From Squalus acanthias (taxonomy: Eukaryota): DNA of 64,000 nucleotides. Of this stretch, positions 10,487-24,342 are shown piece by piece. The position numbers and the translations under genes were made by a program. A model generated the notes under the pieces. The model did no database searches and was not told the DNA's origin. It saw only the letters and a list, made by a program, of their open reading frames with translations. How positions within the stretch are numbered: the first letter of the stretch is position 1; each line of letters opens with the position of its first letter. The stretch lies in contig CM059432.1 in the NCBI GenBank assembly GCA_030390025.1, positions 81,346,001 to 81,410,000 on the forward strand, given 5' to 3'.

Positions 10487-12675
10487 AGAGAATATGATGA
10501 AGCAGAAAAAGAGCGCGTGTGACAGATGTCAGGTTGCAAATACATCTGAGAATCAGTCTATATATAGAAAGGTCATAGGAGAAGTGAAAAAGGAAATAAG
10601 AGGGGCAAAGAGAGGGGATGAGAATAGAATAGCAGCCAACATAAAAGGTAATCCGAAAGTCTTCTATAGGCATATAAATAGTAAACGGGTAGTAAGAGGA
10701 GGGGTGGGGCCGATTAGGGGCCAAAAATGAGTCCTATACATGGAGGCAGAGGGCATGGCTGAGGTACTAAACAAGTACTTTGCATCTGTCTTCACCAAGG
10801 AAGAGGATGCTGCCATAGACATTAAAGGAGAAGGTAGTGGAGATACTTGATAGGATAAAAATTGAAAAAGAGGAGGTATTAGAAAGGCTGGCTGTACTTA
10901 AAGTAGATAAGTCACCAGGAGCGGATGGGATGCATCCTAGGATGCTGAGGGAATTGAGGGCGGAAATCGCGGAGGTACTGGCCATAATATTCCAATCCTC
11001 CTTAGATATGGGGGTGGTAGCAGAGGACTGGAGAATTGCAAATGTTACACCATTGTTCAAAAAAGGGTGTAAAGATAAACGCAGCAACTACAGGCCAGTA
11101 GTAGGGAAGCTTTTAGAAACTGTAATCAGGGACAAAATTAACAGTCACTTGGACAAGTGTGGATTAATTAAGGAAAGCCAGCACGGATTTGTTAAAGGCA
11201 AATCGTGTTTAACTAACTTGATTGGGTTCTTTGATGAGGTAACATAGAGGGTTGATGAGGGTAAAGCGTGGATTTCCAAAAGGCGTTCAAAAAAGTGCAG
11301 ATAATAGGTTTGCCAGCAAAGTTGAAGCCCATGGAATAAAAGGGACAATGGCAGAATTGGCTCAGTGATAGGAAACAGAGAGTAATCGTGAATGATTGTT
11401 TTTCGGATGGAGGAAGGTATACAGTGGTGTTCCCCAGGGGTCGGTACTAGGACCACTGCTTTTCTTGATATATATTAATGACTTGGATGTGGGTGTAAAG
11501 GGCACAATTTCAAAATTTGCAGATGACACAAAACTTGGAAGTATAGTGAACAGTGAGGAGGAGAGTGATAGACGTCAGGAAGACATAGACAGGCTGGTGA
11601 AATGGGCGGACACGTGGCAGATGAAATTTAACGTAGAAACGTGTGAAGTGAAACATTTTGGTAGAAAGAATGAGAAGAGGACATATAAACTAAATGGTAC
11701 AATCCTGAAGGGGATGCACGAACAGAGAGACCTGGGGGTATGTGTTCACAAATCATTGAAGGTGGCAGGGCAGGCTGAGGAAGCAGTTAAAAAGGCTTAC
11801 GGGATCCTGGGCTTCATGAATAGAAGTACAGTATAGAGTACAAAAGTGTGGAGATTATGATGAACCTGTATAAAACACTGGTTCAGCCCCAACTGGAGTA
11901 CTGTGTCCAATTCTGGGCACCACACTTTAGGAAGGATGTGAAGGCCTTAGAGAAGGTGCAGAAAAGATTTACGAGAATGATTCCAGGAATGAGGGACTTT
12001 AGTTACGATGATAGACTAGAGAAGCTGGGGTTGTTCCCCTTGGAGCAGAGAAGATTGAGAGGAGATTTGATAGAGGTGTTCAAAATCATGAGGGGTCTGG
12101 ACAGAGTAGATAGAGAGAAACTGTTCTCATTGGCAGAAGGGTCAAGAACCAGAGGACACAGATTTAAGGTGATTGGCAAAAGAACCAAAGGCGACGTAAG
12201 AAAAACCTTTATTACGCTGTGAGTGGTTAAGATCTGGAATGCACTGCCTGAAAGGGTGGTGGAGGCAGACTCAATCATGGCTTTCAAAAGGGAGTTGGAT
12301 AAGTATCTGAAGGAAAGAAATTTGCAGGGCTACGGGGAAAGGGCAGGGGAGTGGGACTAGCTGAAGTGCTCTTGCAGAGAGCTGGCACGGGCTCGATGGG
12401 CTGAATGGCCTTCTTCTGTGCTGTAACCATTCTATGATTCCAATGGTGCTGGGACTGCTGTTGTTCATTATTTACAGAAACGATTTCGACTCGCGAATCA
12501 GAAGTACAATTCTAAAATTTGCAGGCGACACCAAATTGGGAGGTACAGTCAATACTGAAGAAGACTGCAACAAATTACAAGAAGACATTAATAAACTTGT
12601 AGAATGGGCATGTAATTGTGAGGTGGTGCATTTTGGTAGGAAGAATAAGGAGGCCACATACTCCTTCGAAAATAA

Positions 12676-14390
12676 GGGCTGGATTTTACCAACCTCGGCG
12701 GGTCCGTGGCAGGCGACGTCAGTGACGGGTCCCGGCCTCGCTGCCGGCTCCAGCCCGCTGTCCAAAATGATTTTCCCCTGATTGGGCTTGTTAAGCTCGT
12801 CCAGCGCGTTTGCCGGCCAATTGATGGATGTGGGTATGATGACATCATTTGATGACACGTCATCAGCTGGTTTCCTTAAAGGGAATTGATTTTGACAGTT
12901 GTGCTGTCAGTGTTCTACAGCATTGAGTTGCTGTAAACACTGACAATCACAGTACAGAGGTGCAGGGCTGCACCCAGGCTCTCCCATGACTTCCTCCATA
13001 TGCTTATGGAGGGAATCACAGCATGCTGGGAGGTTTTCTTCCCTTCCAATGGGCGGAAGAGACCTCCCCAGGACACCAACGCAGCTTGATTGTACATTGC
13101 ACAGGAGGACACAAGCAGGGATGTCGTCAGGAGGACCAGGCTGCAGTGACGCAAGTCTTTTAATGATCTTAGTAGATCACAAAACGTTACTGCAAAGCCA
13201 CACTCAACCTCATCACATCCCATTCACTCTGCTTTCCCTACCCTACTCGTGCACATCCTTACTCACAGCAACTTACCTTGCACCTCCACCCATCCTCTCT
13301 ATCTATATTATCACTTCTCCATCTCTAGCCACCCCTCACACTCACCCTCATCCTACTGCAAGCATACCAACTAACAAGGGTAGGCACTTGGGTGTTTTAT
13401 GCAATGTTCATGTAAAGTTTCTGTTAATGTGCTGTCAAACATTGAAACCTTTATTTTCAACACTTTGTCTTCTTGGACAGATTTGTGTGCACCTTTGGAA
13501 GTGGCTTAGTGAGTTGCAGTGAATGGTGAGACATAATGGGACACCCGCCCTCCCCCCCGCAATGGTGATGAGTGTGAAAGGAATTGGATATTGTAGGGGT
13601 GCTTTATGGTGTTGGTGTGGGGTGGTGCCAACCTGGCGCATCATGTGGCAGCCAGGGTATACAGTGTTTAGTGAAGTAAATCTGGCCATGGTGAGGCCAT
13701 CCCTGGCCTCCCGGGCAGCAATGTGGTCGAGTACTGTTGCCCTGTGTCCTGTGCAGCATCGGTTGATTGCGGAGAATGTTGGTGTTGTTGTTGGTGCAGC
13801 TGGTGTGCCTGGTGCTGCTGGTGTTGGGGCTGATCGTGGTGGGATTCTGAGAACCAAGGTGAGATAGTTTCAAGGGCACCCATGCTGCAGGTGAACTTGA
13901 GATGACAGAAGCGATCTGTCAATGGTGAGAGAGGTTGTTCCAATGAGGTGACACTGGATAGAGAGTTTGCTACAAACACTTGCAACCTGCATAAAGCTCA
14001 ATCTGTCTTCCAAATGCAGGAAGTAACAACTTCTGAGCTTGGAAAGTGAACAGCTGTGAGATGGGAGCTTTTCTGTCAAGTAATGAGATGATTCCATGGC
14101 CATTCAACTCCCAACCTGCTTACCTGACGTGATCCCTGAGCAGCGTGGACCCCGTGGGCGACCTGGTGAGCTGAAAATAGTTCTTAATGCTCTGTTAACA
14201 AGGCCATAATGACCTTAATTGCCTGCCCCACCACTGTGTGGCAGGTCTGCTCAGCGCCGACAGACCTGATATTTGGGAAAGGCGCGTGGTGGCGGGTTGA
14301 CCGTGGGGTCCCGACCTGCTGTCAAAAAATGTTTTTTCCCACCCGACCCGCCACAAATCGTGCCCGCTGAACCCCCGGAAAATTCCTCCC
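12676..14390. mobile_element. Internally deleted Harbinger (Myb exon 1 remnant on +, transposase N-terminus on -)
   Basis: TIRs GGGCTGGATTTT and rc GGGAGGAATTTT. TSD TAA (12673-12675, 14391-14393). Myb remnant AAPRLSHDFL..EVFFPSNGRKRPP..RKSFNDL at ~12955-13177. Confidence 0.9.
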
Positions 14391-15208
14391 TAAGAGTCCA
14401 AATGGGGTGAAGAGCTGAGGGATCTGGGGGTGCAAATACACAAATTACTAAAAGTAGCGACACAGGTTAGTAAGGCCATAAATAAAGCAAACTAAGCACT
14501 GGGGTTCATTTCTAGAGGGATAGAATTAAAAAGCAGTGAGATTATGTTAAACTTGTATAGAACCTTGGTTAGACCACACTTGGAGTACTGTGTACAGTTC
14601 TCGTCTACATATTATATAAATGCAATAGAGACACTGGAGAAGATGCAAAAAAGATTCACAAGGATGATACCAGAACTGAGAGGTTATACCTAAAGATTGA
14701 ACAGGCAGGGGCATTTTTCTCTAAAAAAGAGAAGGCTGAGGGGTGACCTGATAGATGTCTTCAAGGTTATGAAAGGGATTGATAGGGTAGACGTAGAGAA
14801 AATGCTTCCACTTGTGGGAGAGACCAAAACTAAGGGCCATAAATATAAAGTAGTCACTAATAAATCCAATAGGTTATTCAGAAGAAACTTCTTTATCCAG
14901 AGAGTGGTTAGAATATGGCGAATAGCACAGATGCATTAATAAAGAAACTAGTTAAACACATGAGGGAGAAAGGAATAGAAGGATATGTTGATTGGGTTAG
15001 ATGGAAAGGGGTAGGAGGACACTCGTGGGGAGCATAAACACCGGCATGGACCAGTTGGGCCGAATGGCCTGTTTCTGTGCTAAAAATTCTATGCAAAGTA
15101 TTTCTCTAGATCTAGGAGCATAAAGATAAATCAGTTTACTCATTCAACATACAAAATATGAATCCAAGAATATGCTCAATGCAGAGTTTTTTCACTTCAA
15201 GATACAAT

Positions 15209-18200
15209 GGCCTTGATATTTACAGGGAGGCAGAGAGGCTGCAGGGGAGCTAGGATAAAACCCAGCAAGGCCGGGAACATGGAAGTTCTGCCGAATTTAA
15301 CAGCAGGACCCCATTCTAATTTTCCTCTTCCGTTTCCCAAACAGCAGCCGGACAAATTGACAGACTGGTCGGTTGTCGGGTGGGAAAACCAGCGGCAGGA
15401 GGCCGCAGCTGGGGAATCTTGGCAATGGGCCCCGGTAATCGGAAGCAGGGAGGGAGTGAGAGATCTGGGCTTGGGGTGGGGGTAGGGAAATTGCGGGAGG
15501 GAGGAAGTGAGATTGGGGCTAGGGGTGGTGGGAGGGGCCATTGCGGGAGGGGATACAATTCAGCTAATTAAATGGCTTGTTAAGAGCCAATTTAATACTA
15601 TTTGAGGCTTCCTTCCAATTTTATGTTCGCCCCCACGGGTTACCTGCTGCTCGGGGAACACGCCAGCTCACCCTGCCGTGAGTTGAGTCTGCTCTGATGT
15701 TTCTGATAAGCTGACAGCTGTAGAAGTGGTGTAAAGGATGCCATGTTGCAGATGGTCAGTTTCAGAGCGCAGAAACATTTGGTAACTTCATTTGTAATAC
15801 ATATAGAGATTTCATTAGCTTGCAAGTGTTTAGAGGCAACTGTATGTCCAGTGCCACCTCAGTGGAACAACCTCTCTCACCATTGACAGATCGCTTCTGT
15901 CATCTCACCTGCAGCTGCCATCTATTGCAGCAACATCGGTGCCCTTGAAAAAATCAGACCTTGGTCCTCTGAATCCTTCCACGATCAGCCCCAACCAGGC
16001 ACACCAACATCACTGACAACATCACCAACCTTCTCTGCCATCACCTGATGCTGCACAGGACACAGGGCATCAGCCCCTGACAACATTGCTGCCTGGGTGG
16101 CCAGCGATGGCATCACCATGGCCAGATTTACTTCACTTGACGCTGTTAACCCTGGCTGCCACATGATGCGCCAGGTTGACACCATCCCACACCAGCACCG
16201 TGAAGCATCCCTTTAATGTCCAAACCATTCCATGCACACACATCACTATAGCAGGCGGGGGGCGGGGGGCGGGGGGCGGGGGGGATGGTGGGAAGTTATG
16301 TCTGAACATTCTCTGGAACTCAGTAAGACACTTCTCAAGGTGCGCTCAGATCTGTCCAATAGAGGGCCATGTTGAAAAATAGATTTCACTGTATGACAAC
16401 ACGTTACCAGAAACTTCACATGGAAATTGGCTAAACCTCTCAAGTGCCTACCCTTGTGTGTTGTGAGTTGGTATGCTTGCAGTAGGATGAAGGTGAGTGT
16501 GAGGGGTGGCTAGTGAGATGGGGAAGTGATAAAGTAGATAGAGAGGGTTGGGTGGAGGTGCAAGGTAAGTTGGTGTGAGTAAGGATGTGCAGGGAGAAGG
16601 GTATGGAAGGCAGAGTGATGGGGATGTGTTGAGTGGCATAGCAGGGTGAGTTTGAGTGTGGCTTTGCAGTAATGTTTCGTGATCCACTGAGATCATTGAA
16701 AGGTTGTGCCACTGCAGCCAGGGACCCCTGACGACATCCCTGCTTTTGCCCTCCTGTGCAATGTGCAACCAGGCTGCGTTGGTGTCCTGGGGAGGTCTCT
16801 TCCACCCTTGGAAGGGAAGAGAACCTCCCTGCATGCTGTGACTCCCTCCATAAGCATTCTGGAATGGTTCCCATGGATTGGAAGGTAGCAAATGTAACCC
16901 CACTATTTAAGAAAGGAGGGAGAGAGAAAACGGGGAACCACAGACCAGTTAGCCTGACATCAGTCATAGGGAAAATGCTAGTATCTATTATTAAGGACGT
17001 GGTAACAGGGCACTTAGAAAATAATAATAGGATTGGGCAGAGTCAACACGGATTTATGAAAGGGAAATTGTGTTTGACAAATCTGTTAGCGTTTTTTGAG
17101 GTTGTAACTAGCAGAATAGATAAGGGGGAACCAGTGGATGTGGTGTATTTGGATTTTCAGAATGCATTCGATAAGGTGCCACACAAGAGGTTATTAAACA
17201 AAATTAGGGCTCATGGGATTGGGGGTAATATACTAGCATGGATTGAGGATTGGTTAATGGACAGAAAACAGAGAGTAGGAATAATTGGGTCATTTTCGGG
17301 TTGGCAGGCTGGGGTACCGAAAGGATCAGTGCTTGGGCCTCAGCTATTCACAATCTATATTAATGATTTGGATGAGGGGACCAAATGTAATATATCCAAG
17401 TTTGCTGATGATACAAAGCTGGGTGGGAATGTAAGTTGTGAGGAGGATGCAAGGAGGCTTCAAGGGGATATAGACAGGCTAAGTGAGTGGGCAAGAACAT
17501 GGCAAATGGAATATAATATGGACAAATGTGAAGTTATCCACTTTGGTAGGAAAAATAGAAAAGCAGAGTATTTTTCAAATGGCGAGAGATTGGGAAATGT
17601 TGGTGTTCAGAGGGACCTGGGTGTCCTTCTACACGAATCACTGAAAGTTAACATGCAGGTACCGCAAGCAAATGGTATGTTGGCCTTTATTACAAGAGGA
17701 TTTGAGTATAAGAGTAAAGATGTCCTACTGTAATTATATAGGGCCCTGGTGAGACCACATCTGGCGTATTGTGTACAGTTTTGGTCTCCTTACCTAAGGA
17801 AAGATATACTTGCCATAGAGGGAGTGCAATGAAGGTTCACTAGACTGGTTCCTGGGATGGGGGGATTGTCCTATGAGGAGAGATTGAGTAGACTAGGCCT
17901 ATATTCTCTAAAGTTTAGAAAAATGAGAGGTGATCTCATTGAAACATGCAAAATTCTTACAGGGCTTGACAGGGTAGATGCAGGGAGGATGTTTCCCCTG
18001 GCTGGGGAGTCTAGAACCAGGGGTCACAGTCTCAGAATAAGGGGTCGGCCATTTAGGACTGAGATGAGGAGAAATTTCTTTACTCAGAGGGTGGTGAATC
18101 TTTGGAATTCTCTACCCCAGAGGGCTGTGGAGGCTCAGTCGTTGAGTATATTCAAGACAGAGATCGATAGATTATTGAATATTAAGGGAATCAAGAGATA

Positions 18201-18448
18201 TGGGGATAGTGCAGGAAAGTGGAGATGAGTTAGAAGATCAGCCATGATCTTATTGAATGGGGGAGCAGGCTCAAAGGGCCAAATGGCCTACTCCTGCTCC
18301 TATTTCTTATGTTATGTCCTTCCGGCGTATAAACGGCAATGGGCGCATCCACAGGGGGTTGGGGACGCGTACCCCGTATTTTTATTTTGAAACCCCCCCT
18401 CCCCCCGACACACTCTCATGTGTCGTGGGGGGGTTTAATATTGAGGTC
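15209..18448. mobile_element. Composite Harbinger-type element enclosing Harbinger coding remnants and a CR1 fragment
   Basis: Ends GGCCTTGATATT and rc GACCTCAATATT with AAT on both sides (15206-15208, 18449-18451). Region ~15840-16855 is homologous, inverted, to the interior of 12676-14390. Confidence 0.6.
16856..18317 (+). mobile_element. 5'-truncated CR1 LINE
   Basis: RT WKVANVTPLFKKG..QHGFMKG..FADDTKLGG, 3' tail CCTATTTCTTATGTTATGT. Confidence 0.92.
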
Positions 18449-18700
18449 AATACAACTCGAAAAATCAATCTTTAGCTATTATTTTTAAGGAGGAAACTTT
18501 AAAGTTAGAAAGGGGGGCTGTATTTTGCAAAAGTTTTACACTTCATTTCAAAATTTAATCCATATATAACGTTATTGATAGTGATTCAAAATCTTTGTAC
18601 TTAAATTCAGCTGAGACAAATTGGAGTCTAAAATTATACCATTTACCTAAACTCATTCATCAAGCAAAAAATCCTGCACAAAATCGATTTCTATTGGATA

Positions 18701-19171
18701 GAAAGAAAGAAAGGTTTGCATTTATATAGCGTCTTTCACGACCACTGGATGTCTCAAAGCACTTTACAGCCAATGAAGTACTTTTGAAGTGGAGTCACTG
18801 TTGTAATGTGGGAAACACAGCATCCAATTTGCACTCAGCAAGCTCCCACAAACAGCAATGTGCTAATGACCAGATATTCTGTTTTTATTATGTTGGTTGA
18901 GGGATAAATATTGCTCAGGACACCAGGGATAACTCCCCTGCTCTTCCTCGAAATAGTGCCATGGGATCTTTTTTGTCCACCTGAGAGAGCAGACGGGGCC
19001 TTGTTTAACATCTCATCCGAAAGACGGCACCTCTGACAGTGCAGCACTCCTTCAGCACTGCATTGGAGTGTCAACCTAGCTTTATGTGCTCAAGTTCCTG
19101 GCGTGGTGACTTGAACCCACAATCTTCTGACTCAGAGGCAAGTGTCCTACCAACTGAGCCACAGCTGACAC
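18701..19171 (-). mobile_element. tRNA-derived DeuSINE (SacSINE1/AmnSINE-like)
   Basis: rc head GTGTCAGCTGTGGCTCAGTTGGTAG (A box) ..GGTTCAAGTC (B box), Deu-like core CACATTGCTGTTTGTGGGAGCTTGCTG, tail GCTATATAAATGCAA plus (CTTT)n. Confidence 0.85.
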
Positions 19172-19687
19172 TTACAGCGAATATACCCAAGTTCAAACAC
19201 CTACAGAATATTAGTTCAGAAAAAACAAATGGTACACACTGAATCACTAAAACACGCCACCAATGTCATTCGATTCCTTAGGAACCACCTGTGTAATCCT
19301 TGTAAAGAAAAATATTTTCCCTATTGTGCGGATTCAACCCAACTTGCTAATGGAAACACCACCCTTCTTTAAATGTGATTGGTGGAAAGTTTGGCGATCG
19401 TTGTTTTAGGATCATAGTTGGTTCGGCTTTGCTGCCAATCATTTGGTGTGCATAATTGCTCAGAAAGAGTTTAATTGACCTGAGCTGAGGCAAAGAGGTA
19501 GAGAAGGATGTGGTGCTCAGGAACTCAGTGTAGCAAAGTTTATTTTTCATGAGTTTAAAGCACATTTAAGTGAGGCCGTGAGATAGACATCAAATCTGTG
19601 AGACTCATGGAAAATCCGTGGGAGTTGACATTACTGCTACTAATGGTCATCATGAACTTTCCAGTGGTGTTTTACACAACGATAGAG

Positions 19688-20118
19688 GAAAGAAAGAAAG
19701 AACTTGCATTTATATTGCGTTTTTCACAACCTCAGGATGTCCCAAAGTGCTTTACAGCCAATGAGATACTTTTTAACGTGTAGTCACTGTTGTAATGGAG
19801 AAAACGCGGCAGCCAATTTGTGCACAGCAAGGTCCCACAAACAGCAATGTGGTAATAGTGATGTTGGTTGAGGGATAAATATTGGCCAGGTCACTGGGGA
19901 GAACGCCCATGCTCTTCTTTGAACAATGCCATGCGATCTTTTGTGTCCACCTGAGAGAGCAGACAGGGCCTTGGTTTAACGTCTCATTCAAAAGACAGTG
20001 CAGCACTCCCTTAGTACTAGATTACTAGATTATGTGCTCAGGTCTCTGGAGTGGGGATTAAACCCACGACCTTCTGACTCAGAGGCGAGAATGCTACCAA
20101 CTGAGCCACAGCTGACAC
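19688..20118 (-). mobile_element. DeuSINE copy
   Basis: Colinear with 18701-19171. Confidence 0.85.
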
Positions 20119-20930
20119 AACAGGAACTCAAACTAATTGAAGAACTTAGCTGCCACTAGTACTCTAATGAGTTCTCTGTTCCATACTTCGGCATAAAACA
20201 TGCTGAAACATTCACTACAACCATATAATTGCTATCCCGCATGCCCAAAGAAAAACATACTGGTACAATTGCTAGAAAAACACTGTTGATCTTGATATAC
20301 AGTCACGCTAAACTGAAAATCCAACTGGATAGTCTGCAGAGTAAATCAGAGACTTGTGTTAATTACCTAGAGGGCAAAATTCCTGCATTCAGTAATTGTA
20401 GCAAAAAAGTAGACCTGAGTAAAAAGTGACAGAATTAACATAGAAAGTGCAAATGGACTGCTTTGACCATTCTTGCCCCACTAAAAATAAATGAATGAAA
20501 CACCAGTGAAAAATGACAAAATGTTTCCTTGTTGAGATCATGCAGCATTCTGCAACTGTACAGTTCAATCAAAAAAGAAAGATTATTTTACTACAGTTCA
20601 GACTTATTGTTGATCAATTTTAATGACCGCTGGTTAGGTCACATGTAGACCTGTTTTTTTTTTCTGAACGCAGTCAGCTCAGCACCGGCTGCATCAATCA
20701 GGTGTTAGGCTCCTTATCTGCATATGTTTCAGTTGCGGGCCCTGGACGCCTCTTTTGATGCCGATATCAATATAGCGGGTGGTGCACTTTCAGCTCAGAA
20801 TGAGCATGCGTGCACGTTGCTCACAATATTGGATGCTTTAGTGGTCATTTTATGTCTACATTTTGGAGGCAGTGTCATCGAATTGCTATGCTGTGTTCTT
20901 TTTGACAATACAAAATGATAGAAAGATATG

Positions 20931-23059
20931 AGGCCGGATTTTACTCTCAGCAGCGAATGAACAGCGCCGTTCATTACACTTGCACCTGCCCACAGACTTT
21001 CTATGAGATTTTGCACTGGAGCTTACTGTAAATTAGAGAGCCAAAAGAGCGTGATGCCCTCTACAGGGGATCTGGGAGCTGTATGAACAAGGCAAGCAAC
21101 TGCGTGAATCCTTAACCAATCAGATTGAAGAATCGTTAATGAGCATCACAGAGTCTAAACCAAGAAGTGTATGTTAGAATATTTAATTCATTGTCAAATC
21201 AGGTACAGAGAAAATTCTGAAGGACAGGATAAATCTTCATTAGAAAGACACGGATTAATCAGGAACAGTCAGCATGGATTTGTTAAGGGAAGGTCGTGTC
21301 TGACTAACTTGCTTGAATTTTTTGAGGAGGTAACAAGGAGGGTCGATGAGGGTAATGCGCTTGATGTAGTCTATTTGCATTTTAGCAAGGCTTTTAATAA
21401 GGTCCCGCATGGCAGACTGGTCACGAAAGTAAAAGCCCATGGGACCCAAGGCAAAGTGGCAAGTTGGATCTGAAATTGGCTCAGAGGCAGGAAACAAAGG
21501 GTAATGGTCGAAGGGTGTTTTTGTGACTGGAAGGCTGTTTCCAGTGGGGTTCCACAGGGCTCAGTACTGGGTCCTTTGCTTTTTGTGGTATATATCAATG
21601 ATTTGGACTTGAATGTAGGAAGTATGATTAAGAAGTTTGCAGATGATACAAAAATTGGTTAATAATTAAGAAGAAAGCTGTAGACTGCAGGAAGATATCA
21701 ATGGACTGGTTAGGTGGGCAGAACAGTGGCAAATGGAATTCAATCCGGAGAAGTGTGAGGTAATGCATTTGGTGAGAGCTAACAAGGCAAGGGAATACAC
21801 AATAAATGGTAGGACACTGAGAAGTGCAGAGGATCAGAGGGACCTTGGAGTGCATGTCCACAGATCCCTGAAGGTAGCAGGACAGGTCGATAAGGTGGTT
21901 AAGAAGGCATACAGGATACTTGCCTTTATTAGCCGAGGCATAGAATATAAGAGCAGGGAGGTTATGCTTGAACTGTATAAAACACTAGTTAGGCTGCAGC
22001 TAGAATACTGCGTACAGTTCTGGTCACCACATTACAGGAAGGATGTGATTGCACTGGAGAGGGTGCAGAGGAGATTTACGAGGATGTTGCCTGGGCTGGG
22101 GAATTTTAGCTATGAGGAAAGATTGGATAGGCTGGGTTTGTTTTCTTTGGAATAGAGGAGGCTGAGGGGAGACCTAATTGAGGTGTATAAAATTATGAGG
22201 GGCCTAGATCGAGTGGATAGGAAGGACCTATTTCCCTTAGCAGAGGGGTCGATAACCAGGAGGCATAGATTTAAAGTAATTGGTAGGAGGTTTAAAGGGA
22301 ATTTGAGGAGAAATTTTTTCACCCAGTCTGGAACTCACTGCCTGAAAGGGTGGTAGAGGCAGAAACCCTCATCACATTTAAAAAGTACTTGGATATGCAC
22401 TTGAAGTGCCGTAACCTACAAAGATATGGACTAAGTGCTGGAAAGTGGGATTCGGGTGGATAGGCTCTTTGTCGGCCGGCACAGTCAAGTTGAGCTGAAT
22501 GGCCTCCATCTGTGCTGTAAATTTCTATGGTTCTATGATTCTATGATACAGAAAGCAAAATAAAGAAAGGGAAGGAAAGATGGGATTCAGAGAGTGAGAT
22601 AAAGGAGACAAAAATAAATAGTAAAAAAATGTTTTATTTAATTTTCTTTTGTATTTTTAAATCTCCAACAGTAATTAAAATCTAAAGGAATGAGACTCCA
22701 CAATTGTAAAAGTTAATTTTCAGTGCTAGAGAGGTTGTTTGGCAGTAATTAAGACTTATCACTCCGCTAAAAATTTACTTAAACTGGAATGGACAAGCCC
22801 TAACGTTTTCTGGTGAGTTTAGTGGGTACCTATCACATAAGTACAGCAACTTCATGCCGTTCGATGTATTTCAGTGCCGAGTCTCTCAGCGAGATACCGG
22901 TTTAGCGCAGCTTCTTGGACAGGTCAACTCGGACAGCAACTTCCTGCTTTCCACGTTTAACTGCGCATGTGCGGTCACCGGAAGTTGCTGTCCAATTAAC
23001 ACTTTAATAACGGTGAGCGCTGTTAGCTTCACCGTTATTTCTACAGCAAAATGCGACCC
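20931..23059. mobile_element. Harbinger-type MITE interrupted by a CR1 fragment
   Basis: Ends AGGCCGGATTTTACT and rc GGGTCGCATTTTGCT. Flanks ATG/ATA. Confidence 0.55.
21210..22546 (+). mobile_element. 5'-truncated CR1 LINE
   Basis: [28 protein letters not shown], tail (TTCTATGA)n. TACAGA on both sides. Confidence 0.9.
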
Positions 23060-24342
23060 ATAGTGAGAGTGTAGGAATTTTATTGCATTTTGTTGTGATA
23101 GTGGTGTATATGGCTGACATTTCTTTCTGGTGTATTTGTCTTGTAAATTTCTTCATGCTCATTGTCTATGATGTCTCAGTACCCCTCCACCATGGCTGCC
23201 TGTAACTGAGTAACTGAAGCCAACCTGTAAGAAAGCTGGGTTTCGGTAGCCTGACATATGCCAAGGAACCAGATGAATCCTTAATTCCCTCCTTTAACTC
23301 CTTACTAATGAACCGTCTGAGGTTTTAGCTCTCAGTATAGGTCTAGGGATGAATGATGTCTATCTCGACTCCTGGACCATCTTACACTAACCAGTTTGGA
23401 TCAAAATTAATTAAATTTACTAACCCTTGATTAGATTAACCCCCAAGCTGCTGAGTGAGTGAATTAACTCTTTCTTGCCAAATCACCAAAAAAGAAACCA
23501 GACCACAAGTCATTCACTAAGCACTATTTATTGGTTACAAATCACATCTAAAAATAAAAGCTGGGTACACAAATCCTTAATAGACATGCCTAAATGTAAT
23601 CAGAGTCACCAAGCAATTGAGAAGCAAATCATTAATGGGCAGAGTTACTTAACAAAACAAGTAGCAGAACTTACACAGGCAATTCAGTGGTTCACTGTAA
23701 ATCAGCACTAATGGATGCGGAACATTAACTGTAGCAGGGTCTGAGGCTATAAATTGGTGAGATTACTTTAAGAGTAATTCCTTAGATAGCTGACAAGTTA
23801 ACAGCTGTGAATAGCAAGTCTATGAAATAGCTCAAGCCTACGTGTGTGATTCAGAAGGTTCAGAGCTTGCACGATAATCCTCACGTGTGACGTGGTTGAG
23901 TCAATCTCCAACAGGTATGAGGTTCTTGCTGCCTGTGTGGATGAGGGCAAAGTCTGCAGGGTGGATGAGCAAACTGACCACAGCACTGTGGTACAGCAGG
24001 TCATTCAAGTGGGGGGAGTGAAAAGGAATGTTGTAGTGGTAGGGGATAGTATAGGCAGGGGGATAGATACTGTTCTCTGCAGCCGCAACTGGGAGTTCCA
24101 AAGATTGTGTTGCCTGCCAGGGTTAAGGATATCTCCTCGCAGCTGGAGAAGAACTTGGAGTGGGATGGGGAGGATCCAGTTGCCATAGTCCACGTAGGAA
24201 CCAACGACGTAGGTAGAACTAGGAATGAGATTCTGCTGAGAGAGTTTGAGGAGCTAGGGTCCAAATTAAAATGCAGAACCTCAAAAGTAATAATCTTGGA
24301 TTGTTACCTGAGTCACGCGTAAATTGGAATAGGGACAGCGGA

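Larger units (their letters stand above)
7936..12360 (+). pseudogene. CR1 ORF2 (APE endonuclease + reverse transcriptase), disrupted
   Basis: YVNARS, ITETWL, GDFNYP, SDH; then [33 protein letters not shown]. Contains stops, frameshifts and two inserted MITEs. Confidence 0.92.
6304..12442 (+). mobile_element. Full-length CR1 LINE (5' monomers, ORF1, ORF2, 3' UTR), degenerate, carrying two MITE insertions
   Basis: ORF1 with Cys motifs and SGNH esterase; ORF2 with APE and RT ([14 protein letters not shown]); tail CTGTAACCATTCTATGATTC. Confidence 0.93.
6281..15093 (+). mobile_element. Older 5'-truncated CR1 copy split by later insertions (pieces ~6281-6303, 12443-12675, 14391-15093)
   Basis: GGTGTTCCACAAGGA (GVPQG) ending at 6303 resumes as GGTGCTGGGACTGCTGTTGTTC at ~12445. 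The RT C-terminus continues after 14391 to a 3' tail at ~15093. Confidence 0.75.

Noticed and set aside
16756..17733. 325-aa ORF as a novel Myb-RT fusion protein
   Set aside because: The N-terminal part is the antisense strand of the Myb remnant, in frame with the CR1 RT by chance.
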